A stretch of DNA of 58,656 nt, counting the filler, from Basidiobolus ranarum (taxonomy: Eukaryota), in the NCBI GenBank assembly GCA_040143965.1. It is 4 parts of 4 records of this genome, joined end to end, with 100 filler letters (N's around TTAATTAATTAA, not from the genome) between each part and the next. Parts side by side here need not be neighbours in the genome. Positions count along the whole stretch, not along the records: positions 44,138 to 58,656 come from JASJQH010000421.1; 3 more parts are not named here. One strand, 5' to 3'. This document shows, piece by piece, positions 47,101 through 58,656 of the stretch. How positions within the stretch are numbered: the first letter of the stretch is position 1; each line of letters starts with the position of its first letter. The notes under the pieces were generated by a model. That model saw only the letters and a program-made list of their open reading frames with translations. It made no database searches and was not told where the DNA came from. The position numbers and the translations under genes were made by a program.

Positions 47101-50100
47101 CTCGCTAAGCGTCTCAATTTATTTAACCGACGACCATGGCTTATTCTTAGATGATCTTTACTAATCTTAATTTCAGATGCCAGATAGTTGTCCCAGGATT
47201 TCATCAAGTGTTCTTGACAGAACTTTTGAAATTCTTGTTTCTTGGAATCCATCCAAGGAATGAATGAACCAAAATCAAGCTCTAACAATTTCGAGAATCC
47301 TTCGGCTAACTCTTGGTATTCTTCTTGTTGAATTTTGATATGAACGATGGACGACATTTCGTTGGGTTTCTGCAAGAAGAGTAATTTGAGGAGGTTCAGT
47401 GAAGCAATTCGTACACCGTCGTCAGGAATGTTTAGGTAATTTGACAAGTGAAACGTTAAGCAGCGGAAGAACTCAATATCTGTGTTATGCTCAATCAAGA
47501 TAATCTTTTGGTTGTATATGAGGTCGTTTAAGATTTGTATAAGGTTGACGAATTGATTGGAGACCTGATGGTCTGATAGACGAAATAGAATGAGGCGGTT
47601 GAGGTGCTTGAAAAGGCCATGATATAGTGTTTCCGAACGATGTATTTTCACTACACCATTAGTTTCCATTGCTGTGGTCATCTCTAATACAAAGACACAA
47701 AAGGAATAAAGCTGATCTGCTCCACCTACGAACCACCCTTGGTACGTGGCATCCACAGCTATACCAATAAATTTCGATATATTGGTTAATACTGGGATGT
47801 TGGTTAGAAGATGCTGGCTCAATTGTAATGTGCTTTCGAGGCTACTTAAGACGTGAATTATTAGGTAAGTTTCGAATTGCACTTGATGTTCTTGAAAAGA
47901 AGGAGGGAACCCTCTCAGAGCAATATCTAACTCCGTGAGTGGCTTGTTCGTCGGTTTTAGTATAGAATCCACACATAGGTTTACTAAAAACTCCAAAATG
48001 CATTCTATGGTAGCATTTTTGTGCATTGTGGAGTCAGAGCGTTTTAGGCCTGGTTTAACTAGAGGTGAGCTGAAAGATCTAAGCTTTGTTGATATGCTGA
48101 GTTTCTGTTTCATGTTGTCTGATAAATCTTTATCCTTGTTGCTATTCAGCTGATTGGGATAGGGTTTCTTAGGTCTTTGCGTTTGTGCTATACTCTCTTT
48201 GATCTCATTATTGCTGGAAGAGACTGATAAACTGGTATGCGAATCGAAGACTTTTTCAGCTTCTGAGGTAACATTAGAGTCTTTGGAATAGAGCTCGGTA
48301 TCCACAGTTACCTCTTCAGATCCACATATAACTGGAAATAGAATTCCTACGATTTGATCGATAATATCTGGTTTACAACACAGCTCTTTAAACATAGAAG
48401 AGCTAATATACACTTCAGTCAAGAAATGGATTAGTGTTTGCTGAACTTTGGCAAGCTCCAGGAGCCTTTTTTCTAAAGCAATTTCTTCTGAAGGGCTTAC
48501 TGCTGTTGTGGAGTTAAAACATAAAGATGGTTTAGTTTGTATTTAAGAGATGCTCTCAAAGAGTTTTAAATATAGCCATACTCATCTGTTCAGGATTTAA
48601 AGGACTGCCAGGAATGTATTGGGAGACATCGGTATTGGTAAACGATTTGGATCTTCTTTTCGTAGCCCTATCTGTCACCTTCTGCTCTGAGCTCTGTGGT
48701 TTTAATTTATCCAAATGCTCGAACGTGATTATCTCTTTGTCTTCTAATCTATGACTGTGCCTAACGAGCAAATCAATACACCGCTTTATCATAGCGAATA
48801 GTACGTTTAAAGCTTCAGGGCAAAGTAAACGAGATTGGTTCATCTCACTTTTAAACGCAGTCAACAAGTTAAATAAGTCAAATCTTGAGACAATAGGGAC
48901 CGTCGCGATATCTACCCCTAACAAAATAGAGATTACCGCTGGATAAAGTTGGCACAGGTACCAATGTTCTGGGAGCAATTTCTCCAGCACAGAAAACCCT
49001 TCTGAAGCAACTCTAAATTTGTTGATATAAACCGGACCCTGAGTGTATAGTAACCTAGCTAATAATCTTGTAGCTAGTACTACTGTGTACGCATTGAGAT
49101 GGCTTTCAATGAAGAGCAATGGCCAGCGGCTTGTGATAGTGCTGGCGAATCGAGAAATAAATTGCGGATTCACCGAATCGCTCACGATTTGTAATAACAT
49201 CTCGAGAACCAAGTTTCGGATAGTTATATTCTTGGTGATTCTAATATCCATTGATTTGGCATCGTAGATTAATCTCGGAATATTGGTAAAGTTCGAAGTA
49301 TCTTCATGATCTCGACCACCTGGTGAACTGATAGTAGCACGTCGTATAAGTGTAGAAGAGGTGAAATTCCCCTTTTCTTTTGAGCGTTTCTTCGAGGCTA
49401 CAAGGATATAATGGATTGAGAAACACAATCTAAGATTCTGATAGAAAAGTGAACGCTTTACCTTTTGGTAGAGTAGACACCAAGAATGTACCTATCAATC
49501 GAATAGTGTCTACAGTGAAGCTGATCTGAGCTAAGGCAGCTAAAATTTCAATCAATTCTGGTAGAAGTTCTTCAGCAAAAACGTCCGTCTTTAACGCCAC
49601 AAGAAGAATTCTGATGACATCTGATAGATTTTGGTAGAAGTAGATTCAATACAAGTGCAATTACAAGTGGCATGAAATATTAGTACTTACTTATTTTTGT
49701 GAGATGGTTGATATTAAAGGCCCTCTTCCGACTTTGAACAGCAAATTTATAGAACTGATCTATAATCGCGTGCTGAACAGGAATACTGGTTGAACGCCAA
49801 ATCTCAAGATCCAAAAACAGTTGTTGATATGCTTGAATATTCCCGATTACCGATTCACTAGAGCATCACAAATTATAAATAGCCTATTCGAATTACTCAA
49901 GCAAGAGAATATTACCTTGGGTCGAATGGAGTTTCACCAACCAATATCAACAGAAGATTAACAAGTTTGGGAGTAATCAACGTTTTCTTTTGCTTGAGTA
50001 TACAGGCTAGGATCTCATAACCGTGGTTTTTCTCCATATGAGATGTGTGTCTCCAATCAAAGCGGATACTTTCCACTAATATAGCAACAGCTTTATGTAG

Positions 50101-53100
50101 CCCCTCCGAAGTCTAAATATCAGAAGAGTTTGAGTTAAAAGAGGCCTGATTAAAACGTAAATGATACATCACATACCTGTGCCTTCTCAACAATTTTGAG
50201 AAGCAAAGTAGGTCCACCCACTCGAAATATACTGGTAGAGAGGCTGGTTGAAGAGATTGCATATGAATTCCCTCGGAGGTACGCCAATCCTTCTGGAAGT
50301 ACCAAAGCACGATTGATTTTTGGAATGCCAGAATTAATGATGGCACGAATTTTTTGACTTCCTTGCAGTCCATCTAGTGTTGGATTATTTTGAAAATCAT
50401 GGCCATAATGGGGTGACACATATTCTTCATGAAGATTCTTGGCCGATAGTCCAAAGATGATTTTATCTTCGGTCAATTGGACTCCACTTGACGTTTTCAA
50501 GTGAATACCATCCATAGTCAAATGGCCTTGCTCGAGACCACCATCGCTCCCTTTATTTATGATATCTAGATTGATACTGTCTATTACTTCATAAGTCTGG
50601 TATTTCCCGAGGTCGTCTTGGAAATTAGACGAATATCTGGGTCCCAGATTGTAGGCAATATTGATTCCATCAGCATCTATCACATCATCAATGAGATAAT
50701 ACGACCCAAGGTTCCAATAGGTGGAAGGTGATTTTGCCTTTGCATTACGATTAGAATTTGTTCTTGAGCCGATAAACCCCTTTATGTTAACCGCAGAGGT
50801 TGGTTGTCCAGGATAATTCGATCTGTACTGATCGACTAGTACGCCATCAATATACATAGATAATGTACTTCCAATAATGGAGAGTCTGGGCTTAGCATGG
50901 GATACAGCTAAATGATACCACACGCCATCGCGAAAAGCGAACGATTCAAATCTGACATACTGCTTCGGAGCAGTTTCCACTACTAGATTTCGAGAATGCC
51001 CTTCGATAAAAATATCTAGATTACAGCGTTCCTCTGAGTCTGATAAGTGGAGCACATGAACGTTCGTGGTTGAGTCAAATTTGAAAACCTGCACCCACGC
51101 CATAAGAGTGAATCCATTGACTGGCGGAAATAAGCGATCGCTGAAATTCTCCAGACTAATAGAAGAATGTATTGAATCAAAACAAATACAAGAAGGTGTA
51201 CGTCCGTATTTCACCCCATACAATATCAACTCTAACATTGGCATAGCTAAATCGCTTTCGGAGGCGACTTTTCCTTCCTCTTCTCCATTCTCGTGAATAT
51301 TTTGATTAAGACCTTGTAGAAGAATTCTTGTTTCTGATGTGGACAATCCTACTTCTATCAAGGATTTTGCTAGTGACATCAACGTCTTGTTCCAAAGGCT
51401 ATAGAGTCTGGAAGTTAAAGAAGAATGTGAGGCCTCCAAGCACGGGGGTTTTTGAGATTCTGAGATAATCTTCATCACTGTAGTGACCAAACCAAGTTCA
51501 TTTAGCAACATTCGATTATGAACATTTTGAATGGTAGTGATATAGATTGCGAAAAGAGCCAATAAAGCTATACTTAGTTCAACAGTGGGCAGAAATTTCA
51601 TGATGGAAAGGATAAAAGATCTATTGTGAATGGTCAGTTCACCAAGAGACATCCTGCTCAACATTTGGTTCCAACGTTCTGTGATATGAGTATCAAAGCT
51701 AGCATCTATATCCACTTCACCGGTAATCATATCCCATATATCAGGCTCAAAAATGTCGAAAAGGGACGTATCTTCAACTGCGGCTCCTAGCAGAATTCCG
51801 AGTGTACGATTGCACGACCCCTTTTCATCAAACACCCCCGTGAGACGAAGGCTATCATTTAATGAAGAGCGGCCAATGTGATTTTCAAAAAACCATCTGT
51901 TATAAGGATGATTGGACATTGCTGCTATAAATACAGAGAATACGGCTTGTAATAGAGCAATAACTTCCCCACGTTGAACTCGAGGGCCACTTGGTTGTAA
52001 TACAATAGAATTTGATGGTTCTAAGGGTTGATCTACATGATCACCTTCAACTGAGGGACATAAATTGAGAGCACCCTCTAGTCCGATCAGTAACGAAAGG
52101 AGCGAGACAAATCCGCCGAGATTTCGGAATGCATCTTTCAATAGCAAAGAATTATTAAGAAGCTTCTCTAAAGTCTTGAGTATATCTTTCTTCATGCGCA
52201 GATGAAATCTGGGGGCGGATTGAAGAGCTTCCATTAGGTTGGAAAACTCAGTGGACTTAGAGCTCTCGCTGCTAGATGGAGCGGAATCCGAAGGAGTTGC
52301 TTCAGCATTAGATTGATGTTCAATAAGAAGCTGTATAAGCCTCAAGGCATACCATCGGGTCTCGTCGTGTCTCAGGAAATCATCCAAAGAGCCTTTAAAT
52401 GTTTTTTTGAATAACAAAATGTTTAAATCATGATCTTGAACCATCAAACACAAGCAACTCATAACTAAATTGTAAGAGCCCATTAGCGTATTCTTTTGGT
52501 GTTTGCCCGCAATGGAGAATATGTTTTCCGGATTCAATTCATTTTCATCAATCGAATCAGGTGTTGTCAGCAAGATTCCGTACTTGTGCAATAGATTACA
52601 AAGCATGCTTAGCAACCCCACTTCACGGAAGACATCTTTAAATTTACCATCCGAGGTAAGCAGTCCAGTAATAGTTTCGCACACCAAAAGTGTGGTGGGT
52701 AGTGATATCTCGTCTTTAAGATTACTAATTAATACATATAAATGGTGAAAATTAGAATTCAGATTGCTTACCTTGGATTTGAAGACATAGCAACGCAAGC
52801 TCTTTGAAAGGTACGTAGTTTAGGGTCTTGACTACATAAAACAGCAAATCTATAACGTATTTCTATGTCAGAAGTAAGCATTAGTATCTTTAAACACCTG
52901 AAAGGTCGATATAGAAAAGCAAACCTGTATCTCGAACTCAAATGTACTCAAATTCTGCAACATGATGAGTAATGGATTTAGTTTCTCCACAAGAAAATAA
53001 TTGGAAGGGTTTAATTTGATTGCAGAGGAAAGAGCACTCAAAATGTTTTTGCGAAATTCCATAGAAGAAGCGGGAGGCGATACTTTGAATTGCTTCAGTA

Positions 53101-54983
53101 GTGTCTTGGACAACGTTCCCGGTACTTCCACGGGGAACAAAAACAGCGCTAAGAGCATTTCAAAAGCTTTAAGATTTCGGATTAGCAACTCTATAAAATT
53201 AGAGATCTATATCAATGAATGTTGAAGGGAAATTTTGAACGTCCAAACGAATATACCATTCTCGAATCCGGTCAACTTGGGCAAACGGAAATCTTATCAA
53301 TGTAGACAAATTAGAAATGGTATGAGGGATCATTAATAGGGCTTTTTAATACCTGAATGTTGGTACGGTGTGATATTGTGCATCGATAGTTTTATATCGT
53401 CAGAGCCAATGAACATTAATTCTTGAGCGAATGATATGATTAAAGACTAGAATGGCATTGTAAATATAACTATTAAGTAGAGGCAATCTGGTAAATATTA
53501 AATACCTTGAACTCCATGGACTCGTCACTACAAGGAATATTCAGTAATGATATAGCTATAGCTTCATAGCCACCACACTTCTCAAAATCCTCCAATAGTA
53601 TTGTTGAGACTTTGACAGATTCCTAGTAATTCTAATGTCAATAATACCCAAGTAGATGACTAAGTTTTACATTTAACTACCTTCAAAACTTCATTGATTG
53701 TTTGAAAAATCAATGTAATAGATAGTCTATCTTCTTTATCTTGAAGGTCAAAGGCCAAGACACCTTTAAGTGCGTTCACAAGTGGAGTCGATAACCCTTG
53801 CTGATGAAAGCAATATACATTATCGAAGTGTTGAGAGAAACTTTGTTGTTGGACGAAAACTATGAGAAGTTTAGAGGCACTACATTTTAAGTTCGTAAAT
53901 CAACATATCGAAGAAAGTCAAATGCTAGCTTAGAGATACCTGTTTTTTTCCCTTAAATGAGACTTAAAGCTAGATTGTTCACTAAAGTTAGAAGTGAGAG
54001 ACTCTATCAGAAATCTCAACGAGTTCGTCTCGAAACATGAATTTGCGATGCTCGGATTACGTATGAGTGACTCTAGGATTTCTGTTACCAAATTTAAGTT
54101 AGATTCACCTGAAGTAGCTATCATTGTAAGTAGCAATGGGAAGATTCCAGAATCATGTATTATGCCATATATAAATTCCTAGTGCGAATACGATTCAGTT
54201 CATGTTTGGATGAGAAGATTTCAGAATATGAATCTCTTACCGGCCCCGTACATAGTATCTTGAGCGTTCTTACAAGCTGACCGAGATAGCTTTGAGGATC
54301 TTCTAAGTGTGCGGTGTCTGTGTAACACGTTAACGCCAATATCTACATACATAAACAAATATAATCATACCTCGGCTTTCGCTGATGCTTAACAACCCCA
54401 AAATCTCCGTGGATACTAATTGTGTGAAGTCGCGGAAATCATTTAAACTATGTCACAGAAGAATAGTTCATTGGTATCGTTTTTTAAATCTTTAAAAAGA
54501 TCAGAACTTATATCAAACCTATAAGCAAAATTGACTCGTCGAATGTCGTGCGGATACTGCTCTTGAAAAGATTTTAACAAGTCTAAAGTAAACTCCTTTT
54601 TTTGCTTTGTCATTATCAAATGAAAATATGCACAAGCTTAAGTCAATAAATCCACTCTAGTATTCACAATCTAGCGTTCATAATGTTGTCCGATGAAAAT
54701 AACTTACATTTTTGTTATTAGCAGTCTGGCAGCGATATAATTTTGTCTTTAATTTCAAGTTGAATCCTCTTTGAATAAAGAAAATCGTTCAGTTTGTGAA
54801 TGCGGATTATTTCAAGTAGATCGTAATTCATCTGACAGAGCAATGCTTAAAATTATTCTGGTGTTTTTATTGAGCTTACCTTTCTGGCTCCACGGAAGAA
54901 GTGGTTAGGCTCTCCGTCGAAGCAGTTGAAGTGGATTGATCTTGGTTAGTAACACGTCCAACGAGCTTTGAGACCCAGCTCAT
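44138..54983 (-). CDS. Large BEACH-domain protein (WDFY3/Alfy/Bph1-like: ConA-like, PH, BEACH, WD40), many exons, 3' end lost in the gap
   Basis: [92 protein letters not shown], WD40 LRGHSSPVNCI; probable start MSWVSKLVG at 54983. Confidence 0.93.
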
Positions 54984-55426
54984 TTTGAGATTGGTACCAC
55001 TAGGTATTCTATTAAGCTACATTCAAGTTAGAATTAATTAAACTGAGTACATGCATTGAATAGTACATCTTTCTACCTATTGTGTACAAGTGGTAGAATT
55101 TTTGTTTCGTAGACAACTTTAGAAAGCCTTGAATCTACAGCTTATCCGACGTATTGACAAGAGAAATGAAGTCACAATGTGACGAATGGCACTACTTGTA
55201 AGCTGATATTTCCTCACTATAAACAATCAGTTCACCCCTATTGATTTCAGATTTTATTATGTTAGCTTATCAAGATTGCCTAGAATATTCAAACGTCATC
55301 CATGATCGAAACGAACACTCCGAGTACAGTGATAAAATTATCTAACATTTGATCAGAGAAAAACCCCGAGTTCGTTGGAATCAAAATTGTAAGAATTCGA
55401 AGCTCGAGACTTTCCATTGTTTAGCT

Positions 55427-56206
55427 ATGTCACATCCAGCTACTCGTAAGCTACTTCACATTCTCGAATCTTTTCAAAAGTGTCGTAAAACTTGGGATGA
55501 ATTAAATATAGAGGGTCTTACAATTGCTAATCAATTAGTTAATGTTAAACTTCAAGAAAGGTTAGAGTCGATTATGAAGATGTGAATGATGATTTACTTA
55601 CATATTGGTTTCAGATATGTGGATAGTGAAGATACATGGCTACCTCGACTGGAGACTTTTTCAGACGTTCGGTGTGCATATGAGAGTAAAATGTCAAATC
55701 TAGTTGCTCAAATGTCTGATAAACTTAATTTATCACTCTCTAAGCTCGTAAGTGCCTTCTGGAATTCTACTTAGGATCGGGTTCTAAATAATAATCTTTC
55801 TGTAAATGTACGTAGACCACGCAACATAGGCGTATGAAAGCAGTTCTATCTCAATCGGAGAGCTTATTGAACGATACGTACAATTTCTATGGACCTAAAG
55901 AAGCATACGATACAATTACTTTTAGAACGTTTTCTTTGGATGCAATGGGTATGATATCTCCACCACACTCTTAATTAGTGGCTATGAGCTAACGAGGTTT
56001 TCTCTGTAGTTTCCTTGATACGCAAAGCAGTACTACAATACACCAAGGAAATTACTCAGAAAATAATGATTGTATCTGTCTTGGCTACCACGGACGATCG
56101 GGAGTTAGCCATGTCTTATCTGACTGCCTGGCTTAATGAAGCACATTTAAAATCCGGATTTCTTGAGGACTTGGATGATATTTTGGAAGTTGAGGCAGGG
56201 TTGTAA
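55427..56206 (+). CDS. CINP: CINP (CDK2-interacting protein)-like, four exons
   Basis: TRKLLHILESFQKCRKTWDELNIEGLTIANQLVNVKL and YTKEITQKIMIVSVLATTDDRELAMSYLTAWLNE parallel, from memory, human CINP KWETLNDAGFTTANNIANLKI and YRKELLLKRTVAKELAHTGDPDLTLSYLSMWLHQ. Confidence 0.7.
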
Positions 56207-57207
56207 AGAACTATAATTACTACTTTTATTATTATAGAATGATTTACTGAATATTCAGTCACTGCTATGCAGATTTCCCATATTTATGTATATTTATTGC
56301 TTGATCAGGTGTATACCCTATTTTATAGTATTCTTTCAAATAGCCATAAATATACTGAGATTTATGCTGTTGGACTTACGATAGACTCCACCACAGTCAA
56401 GGTAGCTCTTAAGTAGATAAAACCCCCAAGTAGAAACAACTCAAGTATTTCATATTTTGCTTTCGTTTGGCATCCCATCTAGGGGATATCTCAGGCTTCA
56501 AAAAAAACTGACTTTTCAGAAGGACTTCTTAAAAATGCAAACCTTACTGCTTTTAGGTTGAGCGTATGATGTATTTTTGAATGACTCAGTAACTAGGATA
56601 TTTTGTTTGTAGGAGCTATGCATGCAGACTATATATCAGACTAAAAAGTGGGATGTTTTTAGATGTCTAATCGTAATCGCTATGGCAGGATATTGGTGAG
56701 CTCTTGCGAATCATCTCAAAGGAATAGAGAAACAGATGAATTAAATTTCTGTGTAGTAATAAAGTAACAAATATTAGTAATCAACTTCAATTACGCCATA
56801 CTTGGAAAAGTGCGGAATTCTCTCAAATTCATTGCAAGATATATCTTCATTATTATCACATTTTAGACTTGCCTAAAAATGATCTGATTGTGGAAATGTT
56901 GGAATGCTCCATTACTCGAGTACAAGTAAGCTATATGCCTTCTGAGAGGGTCAACTACTTCGTAAGCATAAAATAGTTTTATCCAATCTATTCACTATCA
57001 TTTCAAGAGTACGTGAAACAGCTGTTTAACAGTCCCTTTTCAAAATACAAATTCTAATTTTCGAGGTCATTGTTTGCGGTAATGATGTACAAGTATTTGT
57101 GATTGGATCGTCATTTTTTACTTCAAAAATGTTTATATGATGTTTCGTCTTAAATAGATTCGTTGAGTACTTTTCATTAACATCTGTCAACCTCTAATAA
57201 GCTTTAT

Positions 57208-58656
57208 ATGAGCGCTGAACAAAAGGTGAACCAAGACCAAGGTGAAATTTGGTCGAAAGCTGAAGAAGCTCTAGCTTCTCTTATACAAGATGCATATGAA
57301 CTGTTACAAAAGTCACAGCCAGGTACATCTTTAGATCAACTCAGTTAATAAACAATTTGTTCTTCAACTTTAAAAAACCTCAGTTAAATTTTATTTATAC
57401 TTAAACGTTTCCTAAATGTTCAGAAAAAAGTAATTCCGCCGTAGATTCTTCCGTCAATCAAGGATCAGACACTGATAACGTTCAGAATGAAGAAGAAGAA
57501 GAAGTAAATAACAGCTTAGAATTAGTGACCCCTTTAGATAGTTTGGAGTTAGAGGACAATCCAAAAACTTATGATTTGAGTACCTCTGAAGGGAAGAATT
57601 CATTCACACAAGCATGTCTTGATATCTTGGTGAAGATCCAGGAAGCTATTACTGATTTTATTTCGACAAAAGGTTTGAAGCACTTTGTTTTTCCACGCTT
57701 TGTTATTTTTAGTAACAACGTAAAAATAATTAATTAGAAGTGGCACTGAATTCCGATGAGCCCCCAGATATTTTGGGTATTAGAGATCTGAAAGTTGTAC
57801 ATACATTACTCGAAGTCGTCGTGATATGGGGTATATATCCGTGCTTGCAAGATGGAGTTGGAGTATCTCTGTCTAAACGTGTACGTTCTGGGTTTGTACA
57901 ATCAGGTAAGCCACTTTATTACTATCTATTGGGTGGTTTTTGATATTCGAAACTTACAGTTTGTTTCCAGAGTTTTTTGATAAAGAAGGTTCAACTGCTC
58001 TCCAATTTAAAGAAAAAAATACAAAACTATTGGAAATACTGCGAAAGCTTTTCTCAATGTCCAAATGTTCCTCTGGGGCGTCGCATTTTACCACTGTCTC
58101 CTCTATAATCTTAAGCCGTCATTTGACTGATATGTATGCTGGTTTATTGCAACTGGCTTTTGGACCCTTAACGGAAAAGAATGTGCCTCAACAAGCAAAT
58201 GACTCTTCTAACGATGGTCCAAAAATCCAGATCAACCCTGGATCTTCTTTACAGAGACCTGTGGATTTCGCCAATATATGGTCAGCTGCTTCTACCAAGA
58301 AACCAGATACTCGTGTACTCTCGCCATCTGAGCGTGAGGAGTGTATCTCTGAATTTGAAGATTTATTTCAAAGGTAGTTTTTCTTGGATTATTTCCCCAG
58401 TACGTGTAATGCGACAAAGAGTATTCCATTTAATTCCAATACATTTAATAGAGCCGATGCCTTTAAAAGCCTCGAATCGCTAACCCTGTTATTGGGTTCG
58501 CCACTCAATCCGTCGCCACGCTGGCTGTCCAATGTTTGCGGTAGATACCTGACCCAAATCTTACTAAAGCCGAGTGGTGTTAATGTGGGGATGCTTGTTA
58601 TTCTTGACGCGGTTGTCGAAGGTATTATGGGCTTTTTTTGAAAATAATGTAACAGA
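57208..58656 (+). CDS. TANGO6: TANGO6 / Rtp1-family HEAT-repeat protein, multi-exon, runs off the window
   Basis: LGIRDLKVVHTLLEVVVIWGIYPCLQDGVGVSLSKR, HLTDMYAGLLQLAFGP, SPRWLSNVCGRYLTQILLKPSGV. Confidence 0.8.

Noticed and set aside
53881..53939. BEACH-gene intron with donor GTATCTCT as a second U12 intron
   Set aside because: Donor departs from GTATCCTT and no CCTTAAC-like branch site is evident.

Overview
Eukaryotic, intron-rich, AT-rich genomic DNA from what looks like an early-diverging (non-Dikarya, zygomycete-grade) fungus; this is inferred from short GT-AG introns, fungal-type genes and retained animal-shared features, and a Basidiobolus-like source is only a guess. Three 100-nt blocks (N44-TTAATTAATTAA-N44 at 14632-14731, 29351-29450, 44038-44137) are artificial joins, so the window is four segments whose adjacency is not guaranteed. 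Housekeeping genes: C2CD5-like, GDE1 (SPX-ankyrin-GDPD), calcipressin RCN1, ERO1, allantoicase, TGS1, SRP68, ZW10, V-ATPase subunit d, HP1/Swi6, alpha-arrestin, GID4, a large BEACH protein, a CINP-like gene and TANGO6/RTP1. Segment 14732-29350 is an accessory-looking block bounded by CpG-free LTR retroelement relics. It holds two intronless histamine-N-methyltransferase-like paralogs, an intronless MpaB/DUF2236-type oxygenase, a thaumatin-like protein with a rearranged cysteine pattern and a degenerate LSU rRNA fragment. Other highlights: a U12-type minor intron in SRP68, a copia element with a half-tRNA-iMet primer site, and an orphan charge-block tandem-repeat protein. All family calls are from motif recognition by eye; no searches were run. 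Gene coordinates are whole-gene spans including introns.
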